Below, piece after piece: positions 28,601-44,765 of a stretch of DNA of 64,000 nucleotides; the first letter of the stretch is position 1; the number at the start of each line of letters is the position of its first letter. Both the position numbers and the translations under genes were made by a program. Source of the DNA: Octopus sinensis (Eukaryota); assembly GCF_006345805.1 (NCBI RefSeq), contig NC_043010.1, positions 64,728,001 through 64,792,000 of the forward strand, in the 5' to 3' direction. A model generated the notes under the pieces. The model had not been told where the DNA came from. It made no database searches and saw nothing but the letters and a program-made list of their open reading frames with translations.

Positions 28601-30635
28601 CAAAGATATCAACTTCAAGACGACACTGAATGAACTGGAATTGCCTGCCTGAAATGTTTTCAATAGTATGTGTAACAATTTCTTAGGCAACAAAGGATGC
28701 AAAGGACCACAAGGATGGCCTGAAGAGTCTTCTGAAATGTTACTCAGTAATGGGTTGTCGTATGCCACCGAAAGTTCACTTCTTGATCTCCCACCTAGAT
28801 TTCTCCGCAGATAACCTTTGAGTAGTCTCTGATGAAAATAGTGGTGAGCAATTCATATATATCTCAATAACCAAATACCTCAGAGAGTAAGGACACTAAC
28901 CCAAAATTTAGTGCTCGTTCAACCATATTACATGTAAAGGTAAAACAATGCAAGAAACAGATAATATTCACATACCGACACCAAATTGCAGCTGCCATTC
29001 CCATGGCTAGAATGACAAACAGAAGCAATGGAACTAATACAGACACTAGGATATTCTTGCTTGTTTTCTCTGGAAGTAAAAGAAAAGTATGGCTTATATA
29101 CACATATTTACACATATATGTGCATCAACATATATGTACAAACACAAAAATGCATGCATATATATATATATACATATATACAAACACACACACACAGACA
29201 TACATACATACAGTCACCTGAGTATTATACTTGATGTACTGGAGCTCTCTCGGTTACAACAGCGAGGGTTCCAACTGATTCGATCAACTTAACATCCTGC
29301 TCGCGAAATTAACGTGCAAGTGGCTGAGCACTCCGCGGAGACGTGTATACTTAACGCAGTTTTCGGTGAGATTCAGCGTGACATAGAATGTGACAGGGGT
29401 AGCCCTTTGAATTATAAGTACTACTCATTTTTGCCTGATATAGAAACTGGACCAACATGAAATGAAGTGTTCTATGAAGGGCTTGTGAAAGTGTATACAC
29501 ACATCCACTTCTACCTTGTTTTTTTCCTCTTAACTCAGTATGGCTTATCGATCACCACTAACATTAATGAGATTTGTACATTCAAACAAATTAATATACA
29601 GTTTTAATTTTAATGACTGCTATGACCATTTCAACTTGTACCTGTTCTCCTAATTCATAATGCTAAATTTATCTGTTTTGAAGATTTAAATTTGTCAACA
29701 TTGAAACTTTTAAAGATATATTCTAATTCATAATATTAAACTTTTACCACTGATAAACAAAAATATTTTTGAAACTAGTTTGGTATATATGGAAATAAAT
29801 GTATTTTAAACAATTACGGTTTTTTCAAATTTAGGTGCATTTTCAACAACAAATTTGCCTAATATATATATAGACACATATTCTTTTGTTTATATGTAGG
29901 GAAGTAAATATGCGAGCTAGCATGGTCTCTCCCCACCCCTCTCCAAAACCGACATGTAAAAAATACATTTCTATCAACAACATTCCAAAACTAAACTTAT
30001 ATTTTTTCCTCTCTTTTATAATCACCTTTTACAAAAAAACATGTATCTTACACCTCATTAACACGATCACTTCCAGACACACACCTAAAGTCATCTTTAA
30101 CATAGAAAATTACCGAAGTTCTCTTTACAAAGAATTTGAAAAACATTGACCACTATCATTTTTAACAAATGTCAGCTATTCAAATGGCATTAACGGGAGG
30201 CCTTAATAAAACACTCTTTAAACACCCACCACCTCCCAACTCTATTACCAATCATCTTGTTTTTACCATTCACCAATGTCTTTGAGCTCTGGTTCATCAA
30301 CATTCCTTACTCCCACTCTTATTAAAAAACCCCAAACCCATCCCATACATACCCAAATTTCTTATATACAGAATTGCACAACACAACCTAAGATCAGTTG
30401 ACAACCGCCACAGACAAATGCGAGAAAATTTTTGTGTAAAGTTAACAAGAAAGGCTTTAAAAAATCTTCCCACCAAAGTTAATAGAGAACTTACTAGATC
30501 TATAAACCAAATTGTATAATTATATTATTAGAACATTAAATTAATTAGAACTACCAGTAAAGTCATCCTATTTTCAAATATGCCTAACTGCACTGAGGTT
30601 TTCACACACACACACACACACACACACCACACACA

Positions 30636-30668
<33 letters not shown>

Positions 30669-33600
30669 CATTTAAATATATGTGTGGTGTGTGTGTTTTG
30701 CGAGTATGTATGCATGCTTATATAAATGTGTATGCGTGTTTGTGTTTATGTGTGCATGCATAATATATACATCCATACATATATGTATAAGGTAATTTAA
30801 CCAGGAATGTTTCTGTTGTAAAAGCTCCCCGATAGACATGATATCATTTCAATAAAATTATAGCTAAAATATTTATTTCTTACAACATACCTTTCCTGCA
30901 GTAATCGTATCGTTTAATGCGATTATAGTATTACATTTTAATTGCCAAATCATCCTCCAAAAGTCTGTCAGTGTACTTTGTGTAGGACCTATTTAAATAA
31001 AAGAAGTATAAAATAAAACCCAAAAGAAATTTCAAGAAATATTATAATATTCCCTGCATTCTGTTCATATCTAACCCTGTTTGTTGTCATTTGTACTAAT
31101 CTGGTTGGCACTGTCCTGTACGTTCTGTTTCCCACAGTCAATAAGCTCTAAAACTTCAACTACGAGCCATGAGATTTGCCTTTCAGAGTCTAACATTATA
31201 AGTAATTTCCATTGGAAAATAGAGCTATGTTCGATAATTATAGATGTCAATGATATATAAGATATATCATATATGAATATTCTTCAAAGAACAACTAAAT
31301 GATAAACTAGAGTTCATTTTTTCTTTTGCATGCGATTTCAGTTTGCATCCGACGTTTCAACATTGAGTTTGTGCGTATGAGTAGATACGTATACGTTTGT
31401 GAGTAGACAGACGTATATCTGAGTATGTGTGCGTATATTAGTGTTTGTGTGTGCCTCTCTGTGTGTGAGCATAATTGTGTATGTGCAAGTGAAATTTTTC
31501 TCTGCCCTCCCGCCATTTGCCTGTCTTATTTTTCTTGCTCCACTTTTGTTTGATGTTTTCTTTCTCATCCTTGCCTGTCTGATGCCTCGTCCCGTAAATC
31601 TTCACTTCATCGCTCCTTGCACTAATAAAACTTTTCTCTGTCTCCGTTCTTTCTAAGGTTGCATTTTAGCAGGACAGAAAATGTAATGCACACACAGACA
31701 CACACACGTACGCGTGCTCACACACACACACGTGGCATACATACCACGTATACAGAGAAACGATATAAACATGTAGTACAGTAAATTATACAACGGAGTT
31801 CCCAATATAAACGAGGGAAATCCATGATAGAGAACATGAAAGTTCTTTGTTAGAGCGGATGTTTTCTGTACAGATGAAAGTAAATATCTAGAAATATAAA
31901 TCAGGTACCGGTCTTTGGTAACCATTTATGGAGTATTCGTCTTTAGTTACACCTCTAATGACTATGGTATATATAGAAATGGAATACAAAGTAAAACCTG
32001 GAAAATATTATTTCATTTATTTTATTAATTATTTCTACAGAAATCATAGCCAGCATTGATTTTTTTTGCTACAAATTTTTGTACCGAGATGTCAGATGTA
32101 ATCAATGAGATCGGAGACAAAAATGGGTAATGAGTATATATACTATATTTAGGAAGTTTTCGCACTTTCATCAGCAGACATTTAACCCACTCTTGCCTCC
32201 GAACACACTGTTTATATATCCACCGCATACCAAAGTGTTAAGTAATCAGATATACCAATGTACACATCAAACGCATTCCTGGGGATGGTATGTAAGCATT
32301 AATGACTTGTAGGTAGTAGTTTTCGATATGCAACCATAATATACGTTAAGGTAAAAGTAAAGAGCACAGCTAAGGCAGAAGACATGGTGTTGACTCATAA
32401 AAACAGTTAATATACTTTATACTCTAACTAACGTTTATTGTTCATTATGGTGCATGACGAAATTCCACGTGCCTACAAATCATTATTATTTCATTTATTG
32501 AAAGGCCTAAAGAAATTAGGATTCGCACAAAACTTTCAATATGATTATTTTCTTTATCAAATAATTTATAATACATACCTTGACAAGCAATATAACGCTG
32601 GTTCTGAAACAAAGCAAAATTTTTAAAAGATTAATAAACATGTCATTCATTCAAGTATTAATAGCAAAGAATGAAATAGGAAATTTAATTCACTCTCGAG
32701 CTTCCATCTTTGTTAATGGTTATGGTTTCTTATCATTTCTTGTTATAGTAAATCTTACTTTGTTAATATTATTGTTGCTGTAACTCATCTTTAGTGCTAC
32801 ATTGAAATGTGAGCATTGATGATTATAAAATTAACAGAGAATCCAACGAAACATCGTCATCTAGTATATATAAATCGCAGTATGTGTGTGTGAGTTTTCC
32901 ATACTTTTTAATCTTTTTTATAAAAGTGAAACGATTTTTCCTATTTATTTATTTCCACTATCCACCTATATAAATCACAATATGTGTGTGTATAATGACT
33001 AACGCTTACATTTCCACAATTTTCATCCGATTTTCACCAAACTTTGCACACACATTACTTATGTTCCAACGATCATCATGCACTATTACGCGTAATTGGA
33101 CGTAAATGGACATAGTGGAAGCATTTTGTCTAATTATTTCCCTTGTCTACATACGACAGTGATTCAGTTGAGTAGGAACACTGTACACGATAAATATCCA
33201 ATACCAAACTATCTTAATCTACATAATTAAGGTGCAGTAAACTTTGGCACGCTTACCTTTACCTATTCTGAGTTTGCACACACATTACTTATGTCCCAAT
33301 GATGGTCATGCACTATAGCATTTTACCCAGAGCTCCAGCGTAATTGGACGTAAAGGGACATAGACTTTTTGTATGGAGAGTTTTCTATCTTTTTTTCATC
33401 TTTTTATAAAAGTGGAAGCATTTTGTCTAATTATTTCCCTTGTCTACTAAAAAAATTGCAAACTCACTTTTGTGAGGTTGCGAATCAGTACTTAGTATTA
33501 CGAACAAGTTAGGTTATGAAATATGATAAACACTCTCTACATTTCTTAAAACTACAGAATGATTTTCAAATATTTAAATAGGGAAGAGATGCAATGGCCA

Positions 33601-36600
33601 CATATATGCAGCATCAAAACCAAGACGAGCACAGATTACAGAAAAGAATATGTTATGCTAACGCATAAGAAGATTGAAAGAAATATTTTTGATATACATT
33701 GATGAAATTTGCATTGATGTAATCTGAGGAAGATATCTCGTCAGGCTGAAGTTTCACACGTGAATGGTCGTCTGAAATATGCAACGAAGAAATATATATA
33801 TACTAATTAGCAAATAGTAGTTATATGAGCAAGAAATAGAAATCAACAACATCTAAAAGCCAGAAAATATATTGCTTGCTTAAATTAGTATTTAAAAAAT
33901 TATCAAAGAGAAAAAAACTTTAAACAAGCATTATGAATGTCACATTAAGGAAAAAAGAGAAGCATGTGAATTTGCATGAGAGAGAACATAACAAGAAATT
34001 ATGCACTGAGTCAACATTCCAAATCCTGCTCAATTTAAATCATTCAGTATTCATTTATTTGAACTCTATTCTATTACAAACAAGGTGCATTGAATCACTT
34101 TTATACAAATGTAGAAACTATTGACTCATCTCATGGTATTTTTTCCTTTATTTCAAGGACTCACTTAGCATAAGTTTCCTGATTCATGGAGGGTACAAAA
34201 CTATTTGATAGAAACATTTAAATATTGCTTATAGGGATTTCGCACTAATCCATTTTCTTTCAATTTCTATTGTTGTTATAGAGGAAAGGTTATACTTATT
34301 TCTCTGCATATCATGACATAGCAACTTTACTCGGTTCTCATATTGATTAAATAAATAAGAAATAAATAACTGAAATAGTCTAGATTAGGTAATTACACGC
34401 AGCATAGGAGTGTGGTATAATAAACAGCTGTACTGATTTTTTTCAAAATTGTTTCTATTGATTTTTCAGGTACTTTGAAATTTCCACGTTAAAATTATTC
34501 AGAGTTCTCATCAATGTTCACTGCAGCTATCTGTATCAGCATCAATGTAGTTAGAGGAGAGAATATTTTTCGAGTTGAAAGAAAAGTTACAATATTCAAG
34601 ACATAAAAAAGGCATACATTTCATTTCATTTGTTTTAATTTGTATAGTGAGTATGAGGCCTTAAAATATATGAAAGAAATCAGTATTTACATGGAAGTAT
34701 AAAGTTATGCAAATTCTTCCTTGTATTCTCAGGTTTAGTTGCTTCAGTATAAGGCATTGGTAAGGTCTGTGGCAACCTCTACGAACATATGAAAATGAAA
34801 GTCGTACAGTTTTAACAACAACATAAATAATGTTATTATCAGTGACACATAAGGCGGCGATCTGGAAGAATCGTTAGCACGCTGGACAAAATGCTTAGCG
34901 GTAGTTTTCCCATCGCTACGTTCTGAGTTCAAATTCCGCTGAAGTCGACTTTGCCTTTCATCCTTTCGGGGTCGATAAATTAAGTACCAGTTGAGAACTT
35001 GGGTCGATATAATCGACTTACTCCTCCCCAAAAATCTCAGGACCTGTGTCTTTAGCAGAAATGATTATTAGTGACACATTATCAAGAATCTAGTAAATAA
35101 CAGGAATTAATAACGCATTACTAACAAAATAATCAGTGAAAAGTTATTAACGATATATTTAGTGACACAATGATTTCTGACCTGAACACAAGAGCAATAG
35201 TTTTGAGGGGAGTGGATAAGTTGATATTGTAGTTCCCAGTATTTGATTGCTGTTATATTTTATCGACCCCTAAAAGATAAAGAGTGTCCTCGAAAGGATT
35301 TGAACTAAGAAAATAATGAAAGAACAGAAAACAGTTTTACCACACACTCTAACGATTCGGCCGGTTACCGGCAATGTGACACAGTAGCGATAAATTTAGT
35401 GAGAAAATACTAACAAAAGGGCCGATTACTAACAACTCAGTAAATATTAGAGTTCTATCAACACAACACTAGAAATAAAATTAGTGAAACGTTAACAACA
35501 TATTTTGTGAAATACTATTAACTATGCAGTAAATGATTCTATAGTAATAATATTATTATAGTATTAACAATGCATTAAATGACACCTAACAACACAATAG
35601 TAAATAGGGCAGTACTAATAATTGGCAAGTATTAATTTTATTTAGTGACAGGCTACTGTCAAACAGTGATATGGTTGTACAACAAAGTAATGAGAGACTA
35701 TTGTCATTACTATGTAACACTCTACTAATAATAATGTCATTAACAGTTAGCTAATATTGCTATCTAACTTATTTACTTCTACCATGTTAATGTTAAAATT
35801 TCTCATCTTGGTATTAACATTTTAAACAGTGCTAGGTTAAACATAGCTCATATATGACATTGTACTAACTCGGTTTTTAAAAATAATACACAACTAGAAG
35901 AAATGAAGTATCACATCTCTCGGATATATTGATACGTTAAATTTATACTGACACTAATAAGAATAGTGCTTCAGTATTAATAATATATGAGATTACGAAT
36001 AAACAAAATGTTTGAAAATATTCATAAAAGGCAGTCACTGACCAAGAATTCATCATTATATGGTTCCACTTCCTGTTTCTTCTGAGCAACATAATTCAGT
36101 AGATATGAGTGAGACGAGGAACTGTCTTTGTTGATGTATACACCTTCGCTTTCCTTCATCTGTATATCCTCATAGATATGTGCTATGAATAATGATAATA
36201 AATATTAATAGGAAAAAATGCGCATATACACAAATATTAATAGTTACTAAAAAGTATAAATACGCACTCTTCCAGAAATATACACATATATATCTCCTGC
36301 CCAATTCAAGATCACAACATACATGTACACTGCAACATAATTTCTTTTCCTCAACAGGCCCTGCCCTATTTAACATTGTCCCGAGGGAGATCAAAGAGGA
36401 AAAGGATCCCATCAACTTTAAACAGAGTCTGGATAGATTCCTTCAAAGAATACCAGATAAGCCACCCATAATTGGATACAACTCACCCAACAAGAACTCA
36501 CTACTTGAACAAAACTTGACTTAAAACAAAACTTGACTTAAACAGGATTCGAATAATCCTATCAGGTGGTGCTATTAAGTTAGACATGGCCTGGACCAAT

Positions 36601-36762
36601 CTTTGGTCGAAACATATCTAAGTTTATCTAAGTTCTAAGTTCATATAGACTCACTTAAAGTGTTATGTGTGTGTGTTGTCTGTGTGTATGTGCTTGTGTG
36701 TGCGAATATGTGTGCGTGCGAGTATATGTGTCTGTGTCTGCATGTATTATGTGTGTGTGTGC

Positions 36763-36802
<40 letters not shown>

Positions 36803-39800
36803 ATTAATCAAAATACCACATTCATAGAAATTTTACTTGACTTCACATTCTCGCTTTAAATATTAGAAAACCACAATTGTATTTTATCCTTACATTTAAT
36901 TTCTTTGTTTTCCATTCTCGTTCATTAGCTTAATTTCCTATTTTTCACTCAATGCTTTCTGCATTGTCTTTTATCTGTTAGGTAATAATTGCGATACTTA
37001 CCACCAAAGATTTGCACGACATTCACTTTTTCCCATTTCTTACCCGTAATGTTTTCTCAACATACTAGACATAGCAGTTGAACTCCTATCAAATGAATTT
37101 TCTTCGTAGATCGAAAACATTTAATTTCCCTCGGCCCTTATCATAACGACTTAAACTTATTGTTGATAGAATACTTCTGTATACATAATGTTATTTTTCA
37201 TATGATACATATTTTAAAATAAGTTGTCTTTCTCTTTAAAAGTAACATAATCCATATCTTTTTAAGCATTCAGTCACTTGCTCATAACCATCGGAAATCA
37301 AATTAAATTATCATCAATATAAAATATTCCGAGTTTCCGATTAGCTTTTAACAATAGAAATTAAAAGTATTCAGTAACTTGTGAATTCGAATATTGGTTA
37401 ACAGAAGTATTTGTAGGTAAAAATCACAAAATGTTACAAATATGGGCTCATGATACGAGAACATTTTTTGATGTCCTTCGTTATTTATAGCGATGTCATT
37501 GTTTGTTTCTTCTCGAGACATACATGTCTCATAAGGGTTGGTTTGCAAGTTTCATTGGCGTATAGTTTCCCCACCTGGACGGGACGCCTGTCCGTCGCAG
37601 GTGAGTGCTTGATGGAGGAGGAAAGGGTGAGAAAAAGTTGTGGCGAAAGAGTCAACAGAAGTTCGCCATTGCCGGAGCCACACAGAACTTATGTATTTTG
37701 TTGATAAACACACACATCGCTCGGCCTGAGGTTTGAACCCACGATCCTTCGACTGAGAGTCCGCTGCTCTAGCCACTAGGCTATTTTCCTCCACATAACC
37801 ATGTTTTCCAGAAATGAAGAAGCAAATATGTAATGGATCAGATGTCGTCTAAAACTAATCACAGCTGAAAAATAACTAAATATTCAGGTTAACAATAGGT
37901 ACTATATAGCAGTGTCAGAGGTGAATCTCGTTGGGTTAAATATGCTGATTTATATCCTTCTGTCCAATATCTTATATACTCGAACTGCAGTACGTTTACT
38001 TCAACGCCGATGGTGATGTTGAATACATTCAAAGCAAGAATGACAGGTCTACTGAGATTCACAGAGTTCACCAAATAGTTCAACAGTGCATAATATAAAT
38101 TTAACTTAAATATAGTACATACACATAATCAATATACACGATAAAGTAAACATGTTACTGTACAATAAAATAAATATCAATACACGTTGTCGTCAACAAA
38201 GCATGATCGCGCTATGAGCAATTGTAGCCTTCTTAGAGTTTTTTAAATAAATATTTGTCAACATTTTCAGTTCGTACACATCCTATAAAGACTCAATTCC
38301 TTTTGTTTGCCATGTGGCAAATGTAGTGAAAGTATGTTTGAAGAAATAGTGAGAGAGAATAAACCTACCTGTATCATCAGGAATGGCTTGTGAATACATA
38401 TTTTCCGATGTTTTGCGAATTCTCTTACCACGTTTTGCAGTTGCTTTTTTTCCTATATAAGTATAGATTTATTCATGAACTACTAATGCGTAACTATCAG
38501 TGTGACTGTCTGATTAAACCAAATAGTTAAATATCATATAGTTATAAGTTACAAGTAGCATATAGTGTACTATTAATATTGATATATCTCACGTAAATCT
38601 ATATTGATAGATTAAAATAATTAACAAGAGAACACCAAAGTCTTCATCTTCATACGGGAAATCAGCTGTGTGACACATTACTTCGAATTTAATACTCTTT
38701 TATTTATATCATGAATTTCACGACTGATATATCATTGCCAACAGAAAAAAAACTTATTTCTTCATTTTTACAAGGATTAAATTTTCATCCTATATGAAAT
38801 ACCGTTATCTTAAATATTATTAAATACATAGCGTGGCGCAACTATATTGTCATTGTTTTCATCCCTCTATTTTCTGAATTCATTCAGTTACCAATAGATA
38901 TGAGCTTGATTTTCATTGCATCTAGGTTGATAAAATGAATGTTAAACAATTCTATTTTAGTTTTGGAGATGATTCCAACATGCTACACCTATGTCATGTC
39001 AGGTTATATCACGGTGCCAATGTAATGAACTACAATTATTAGTAAAAAGTTTCAAGATTGTAAGGCGGAGATTAGACAGAATCGTTATCACGCCGGGCAA
39101 AATGTGTTGCAGAATTTTGTCCATATTTACATTATAAGTTCAATTTCAACTGTGGTTATCTTTGCATTTAATCTTCTTGGGGTCGATGAAATAAGTGCCA
39201 GTAATGCTGTCCTTGTACCAACATTCGAAACACGTATATGTCAAGATCGTGTACACATACGCACGCGCAAGCATACACTCAAATATATATCCTTAATGCT
39301 TCCGATTTAACATCTCACATGCGTTTTATATTTCTGGATAAAGACTCTTAGCTGCCGATGCTTAATGATTTATCATAATATCAGGCTGAATAAAAAGTAA
39401 GCAACATTTTGAAACATGAAATTCATTAGTATATATTTCAACAATGCGGAAGTACCATTACAATCAACACATTTTTTGCCAATGAGTTACACGTTTGTTT
39501 ATTCCGGTAACATAAAAATCTGGAGTTCAGGTGCTAATGAAATCTTTCAGCATCGTTTTGCTTTTTGAATGCCTTCTCTCGCAGGAAACCATCAAGGTGA
39601 CTGAAAAAGTGGTAGTCAGTAGGAGAAAAGTCTGGGGAATAAGCTGAGTGTGGAAGAACTTTGTAGCCAAGTTCCCTCAATTTCTGGAGTGTCGTTAGTG
39701 AAACGTATGGTCGAGCATTGTTATGAAGAATGATCAGCCCTTTTCTGTTGCCCCGTCTGGGACAGAGGAGTAGCAGTTTTCCGTTCATTTTGGTAATTTC

Positions 39801-42800
39801 ATGGCAATATGTTTCTACAGTAATGGTTTTTCCGGGTTTTAAGAAGTTATATTGGATGAGTCCAGCAGTACACCTTTAAACAGTCACCATGACCTTTTTG
39901 AAGAAATCGGGACTATGGAAGGTTTCCGTTGCTTCATTTTGGTCCAACTACTGCGAAGAACGTTTTCTTTTATTGCACAGTATCGACTTTTCATCGCAAG
40001 TTAGAATACGGTCGAGAAACAGATCGGTCACGTTAGGTAGGAGAGGCGACGAGCAAATTTCATATCTGAGCATTTTCCGATTTTCATTCAAATTGTGTGG
40101 TACCCATTTGTTGAGCCTTTTTGATGCTTTGATCGCACTTGCAGGCAGTTTTCTGGCTAGCCTGAAGTTCTTTTCCCAGTTTTCGAGTGGTTTTACGTGG
40201 ATCTTACTCAATAACGATCTTTAATTGACCGTCATCGATAACTGATGAGCGTCCACCATGTTCGCGATCTTCAAGGCCCAGGTCTCACTCCGAAATCGTT
40301 TAAAACATTTTGGAGCTGACCAATCACAGGTAATTTCCTAACCAAATCTTTCGTTGATATTGCGAGCTGTTTTAGCTGCTTTACGCCCTTTTTTGTAGTT
40401 GAAAAGCAAAATTTCTCGAATATCGCGCTTTGACAGTTCCATTTCAGATGATTGTAACAACAGTGAAAAAATATCAATATTAATTTATTAAGGCATTTGG
40501 GCAATTCTATTATCAAACAATTGGTAAAAAAATAAACACTTAAAAATTCAAAACTCTTCAAAAATCCGGCACAAATTCTTCATGGTTCAAAATGTTGATT
40601 ACATTTTACTCAACCTGATATAACTTATGTTTTCGTAAAGCTATCTCATGAAATTTATCGTTATTGCGAGAATAATTGTAACAACGATTCATAAAGTATC
40701 TGTGAACCATGTGACTTATATATTAAAAAAGGATTTGTAGCGAGAGAAAATATTACCAATGGAAATAACTGAGAGCAGTATATTATATGCTTAGTTACGA
40801 TATTTGACAAGGTACCATATTTTTGATGGAGAAGAGAAATTGGTCGATAAAACTCTTATAAAGAGAAGAGGCAAATTATCTCAGATCACATCTAGCCGAC
40901 ATTTTCAGTTATTCTTTCATTGAATGGAATGCTTTACTCTACGAAATACTTTAAACACTATTGCAAACTATACCAGAAAATATCTTCTTGACCGTTGAAA
41001 TATTTTTCAGATACACTGTCTAAATAAACGTAATATCGATTAGATTACATCGACATTATTCAGCGCCTTATTACACTGGTCGACAAGTATTTTTCATCAA
41101 GCATATATCAAGGTGTACCTAGAATAGTTTTTAATGCTGACTTCAAATATACAATTTGTTTTTTGACATCACGTATAGTTTGTAAGATGAGAAAGTCATT
41201 TGGTTTTAGCTCACGCATCATAGAGAAATTTCAATTAAAATTAGTGACGTGTATACATCATGGAAGTATACGTTTAAAATAAACTACATTATTCATTGTT
41301 ACATAGTTCAGATGTAATATTTCATCATCTTAAATTAACCAATAAAGTTTTGTTTGATAAAATAGGTATTTCAACATCTCAAATTGTCCAGTCATAGTTG
41401 GTCTGATGAAATATTTCTTCATCTCAAATTCAACATAACTATAATTGTTTGTATCTATTTCCCGACTTCTTTTCTGTGTTAACAATGTCAAGACAGTGCA
41501 GAAATTGTCGTGATGTATTTTGTCATGCCTGTGGACAATTTATTGCCAACGCTCAAAAACTTACAATAACACCAGAGATCAAGAAGATTTATAAGCTATA
41601 CTTTGACTGTCCTTTTAGAGATCAGGACAAATTATGGGCACCACATATTATCTGCTTAGCTTGCTCAAATGGCTTATGTGACTGGTCCATTAAGATGAAG
41701 AATTCCATGCCTTTTGCCATTCTAATGATAAGGAGGGAGCCGAAAGACCATTTTAATGACTGATGTTCTTGCAAAGTAAATGTCACAGGATATTCTATGC
41801 GTAATAAAGACAAAATTGTGTATCCCACTTTGGATTCTGCAATGAGACATATGCCTCATAATGGAAGTCTGCCAATTCCAGTTCCACCAGATGATGGTAT
41901 TGAAACATCATATGATTATGCTGACTGTCACGATAGTGCTGCTGTGGATGATTACGTGGCTGATGACGATAGCTTTGAACCTGAGGAAAGTTTCCCAAGC
42001 TCAACTGAATGACCTTGTTAGAGACCTATCCCTCTCAAAAGATAAAACAGAACTTTTGCATGAAGACTGAAGGAGAAGTATCTGATAGAACACGGTTATC
42101 GAATAACTTATTTGCAACAGAGAAATGTGGTTCTACAAACGTGATTTTCTATTGAGGACTTCCTTTACTTTTGCAGTAACATCGATTGGCTTTTCGAACG
42201 TATATGACAAAGCCATGATCCTGCAGAGTGGCATTTATTTATTGACTCTTCAAAATAAAGTTTAAAAGCTGTACTTCTCCATAATGGTAATTTGAAGCAC
42301 TCCATTCCTATTGCACACTCCACTCCTTTCATCTTCATGAATTATATGAGAATATGGAACTTTTACTTCATGCCGTTGCCTATGAAAGGTATTCATGGAA
42401 AATATGTGGAGATTTGAAAGCCATTGGAATGTAAATTGGAAAGCAGTCAGGTTTCACAAAATACTGTTGTTTCTTGTGTCTATGGGATACTCGGGAAACT
42501 GACAGATATTATTAGGAATCAAACTGGCAAACAAGAACATCAGGACTGTCCAGCATCATGAATACAACTCTTGTAGATCCATGTAATGTGCTAGTGCCCC
42601 CTTGGCACATAAAACTTGGACTGATGAAACTGTTTGTAATGACACCAGGGAAGAAGAATGGCAGAGGGTTTGAGTATATTATAGAAAACTTACCGAAAAT
42701 CACTCAGGCGAAGTTGAAAGAGAGTATCTTTGTCGAGCCCCAAATTAGAGAAGTACTCAAAGATATCAACTTCAAGACGACACTGAATGAACTGGAATTG

Positions 42801-44765
42801 CCTGCCTGAAATGTTTTCAATAGTATGTGTAACAATTTCTTAGGCAACAAAGGATGCAAAGGACCACAAGGATGGCCTGAAGAGTCTTCTGAAATGTTAC
42901 TCAGTAATGGGTTGTCGTATGCCACCGAAAGTTCACTTCTTGATCTCCCACCTAGATTTCTCCGCAGATAACCTTTGAGTAGTCTCTGATGAAAATAGTG
43001 GTGAGCAATTCATATATATCTCAATAACCAAATACCTCAGAGAGTAAGGACACTAACCCAAAATTTAGTGCTCGTTCAACCATATTACATGTAAAGGTAA
43101 AACAATGCAAGAAACAGATACATATTCACATACCGACACCAAATTGCAGCTGCCATTCCCATGGCTAGAATGACAAACAGAAGCAATGGAACTAATACAG
43201 ACACTAGGATATTCTTGCTTGTTTTCTCTGGAAAGTAAAAGAAAATGTATGGCTTATATACACATATTTACACATATATGTGCATCAACATATATGTACA
43301 AACACAAAAATGCATGCATATATATATATATACATATATACAAACACACACACACAGACATACATACATACAGTCACCTGAGTATTATACTTGATGTACT
43401 GGAGCTCTCTCGGTTACAACAGCGAGGGTTCCAACTGATTCGATCAACTTAACATCCTGCTCGCGAAATTAACGTGCAAGTGGCTGAGCACTCCGCGGAG
43501 ACGTGTATACTTAACGCAGTTTTCGGTGAGATTCAGCGTGACATAGAATGTGACAGGGGTAGCCCTTTGAATTATAAGTACTACTCATTTTTGCCTGATA
43601 TAAATACTGAACCAACATGAAATGAAGTGTTCTATGAAGTGCTTGTGAAAGTGTATACACACATCCACTTCTACCTTGTTTTTTTCCTCTTAACTCAGTA
43701 TGGCTTATCGATCACCACTAACATTAATGAGATTTGTACATTCAAACAAATTAATATATAGTTTTAATTTTAATGACTGCTATGACCATTTCAACTTGTA
43801 CTTGTTCTCCTAATTCATAATGCTAAATTTATCTGTTTTGAAGATTTAAATTTGTCAACATTGAAACTTTTAAAGATATATTCTAATTCATAATATTAAA
43901 CTTTTACCACTGATAAACAAAAATATTTTTGAAACTAGTTTGATATATATGGAAATAAATGTATTTTAAACAATTACGGTTTTTTCAAATTTAGGTGCAT
44001 TTTGAACAACAAATTTGCCTAATATATATATAGACACATATTCTTTTTGTTTATATGTAGGGAAGTAAATATGCGAGCTAGCATGGTCTCTCCCCACCCC
44101 TCTCCAAAACCGACATGTAAAAAATACATTTCTATCAACAAACATTCCAAAACTAAACTTATATTTTTTCCTCTCTTTTATAATCACCCTTTTACAAAAA
44201 AACATGTATCTTACACCTCATTAACACGATCACTTCCAGACACACACCTAAAGTCATCTTTAACATAGAAAATTACCGAAGTTTCTCTTTACAAAGAATT
44301 TGAAAAACATTGACCATTATCATTTTTAACAAATGTCAGCTATTCAAATGGCATTAACGGGAGGCCTTAATAAAACACTCTTTAAACACCCCACCACCTC
44401 CCAACTCTATTACCAATCATCTTGTTTTTACCATTCACCAATGTCTTTGAGCTCTGGTTCATCAACATTCCTTACTCCCACTCTTATTAAAAAACCCCAA
44501 ACCCATCCCATACATACCCAAATTTCTTATATACAGAATTGCACAACACAACCTAAGATCAGTTTGACAACCGCCACAGACAAATGCGAGAAAATTTTTG
44601 TGTAAAGTTAACAAGAAAGGCTTTAAAAAATCTTCCCACCAAAGTTAATAGAGAACTTACTAGATCTATAAACCAAATTGTATAATTATATTATTAGAAC
44701 ATTAAATTAATTAGAACTACCAGTAAAGTCATCCTATTTTCAAATATGCCTAACTGCACTGAGGT

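Larger units (their letters stand above)
16405..30602. repeat. Tandem segmental duplication, copy A (~14.2 kb)
   Basis: Collinear near-identity with 30603-44768; offsets of 14189 (exon at 16702 vs 30891) and 14158 (28976 vs 43134). Confidence 0.97.

Noticed and set aside
29990-30600. Possible very old Penelope-like RT remnant (also ~44150-44760 and ~63300-64000)
   Set aside because: Only faint motif resemblance; cannot be supported without a profile search.
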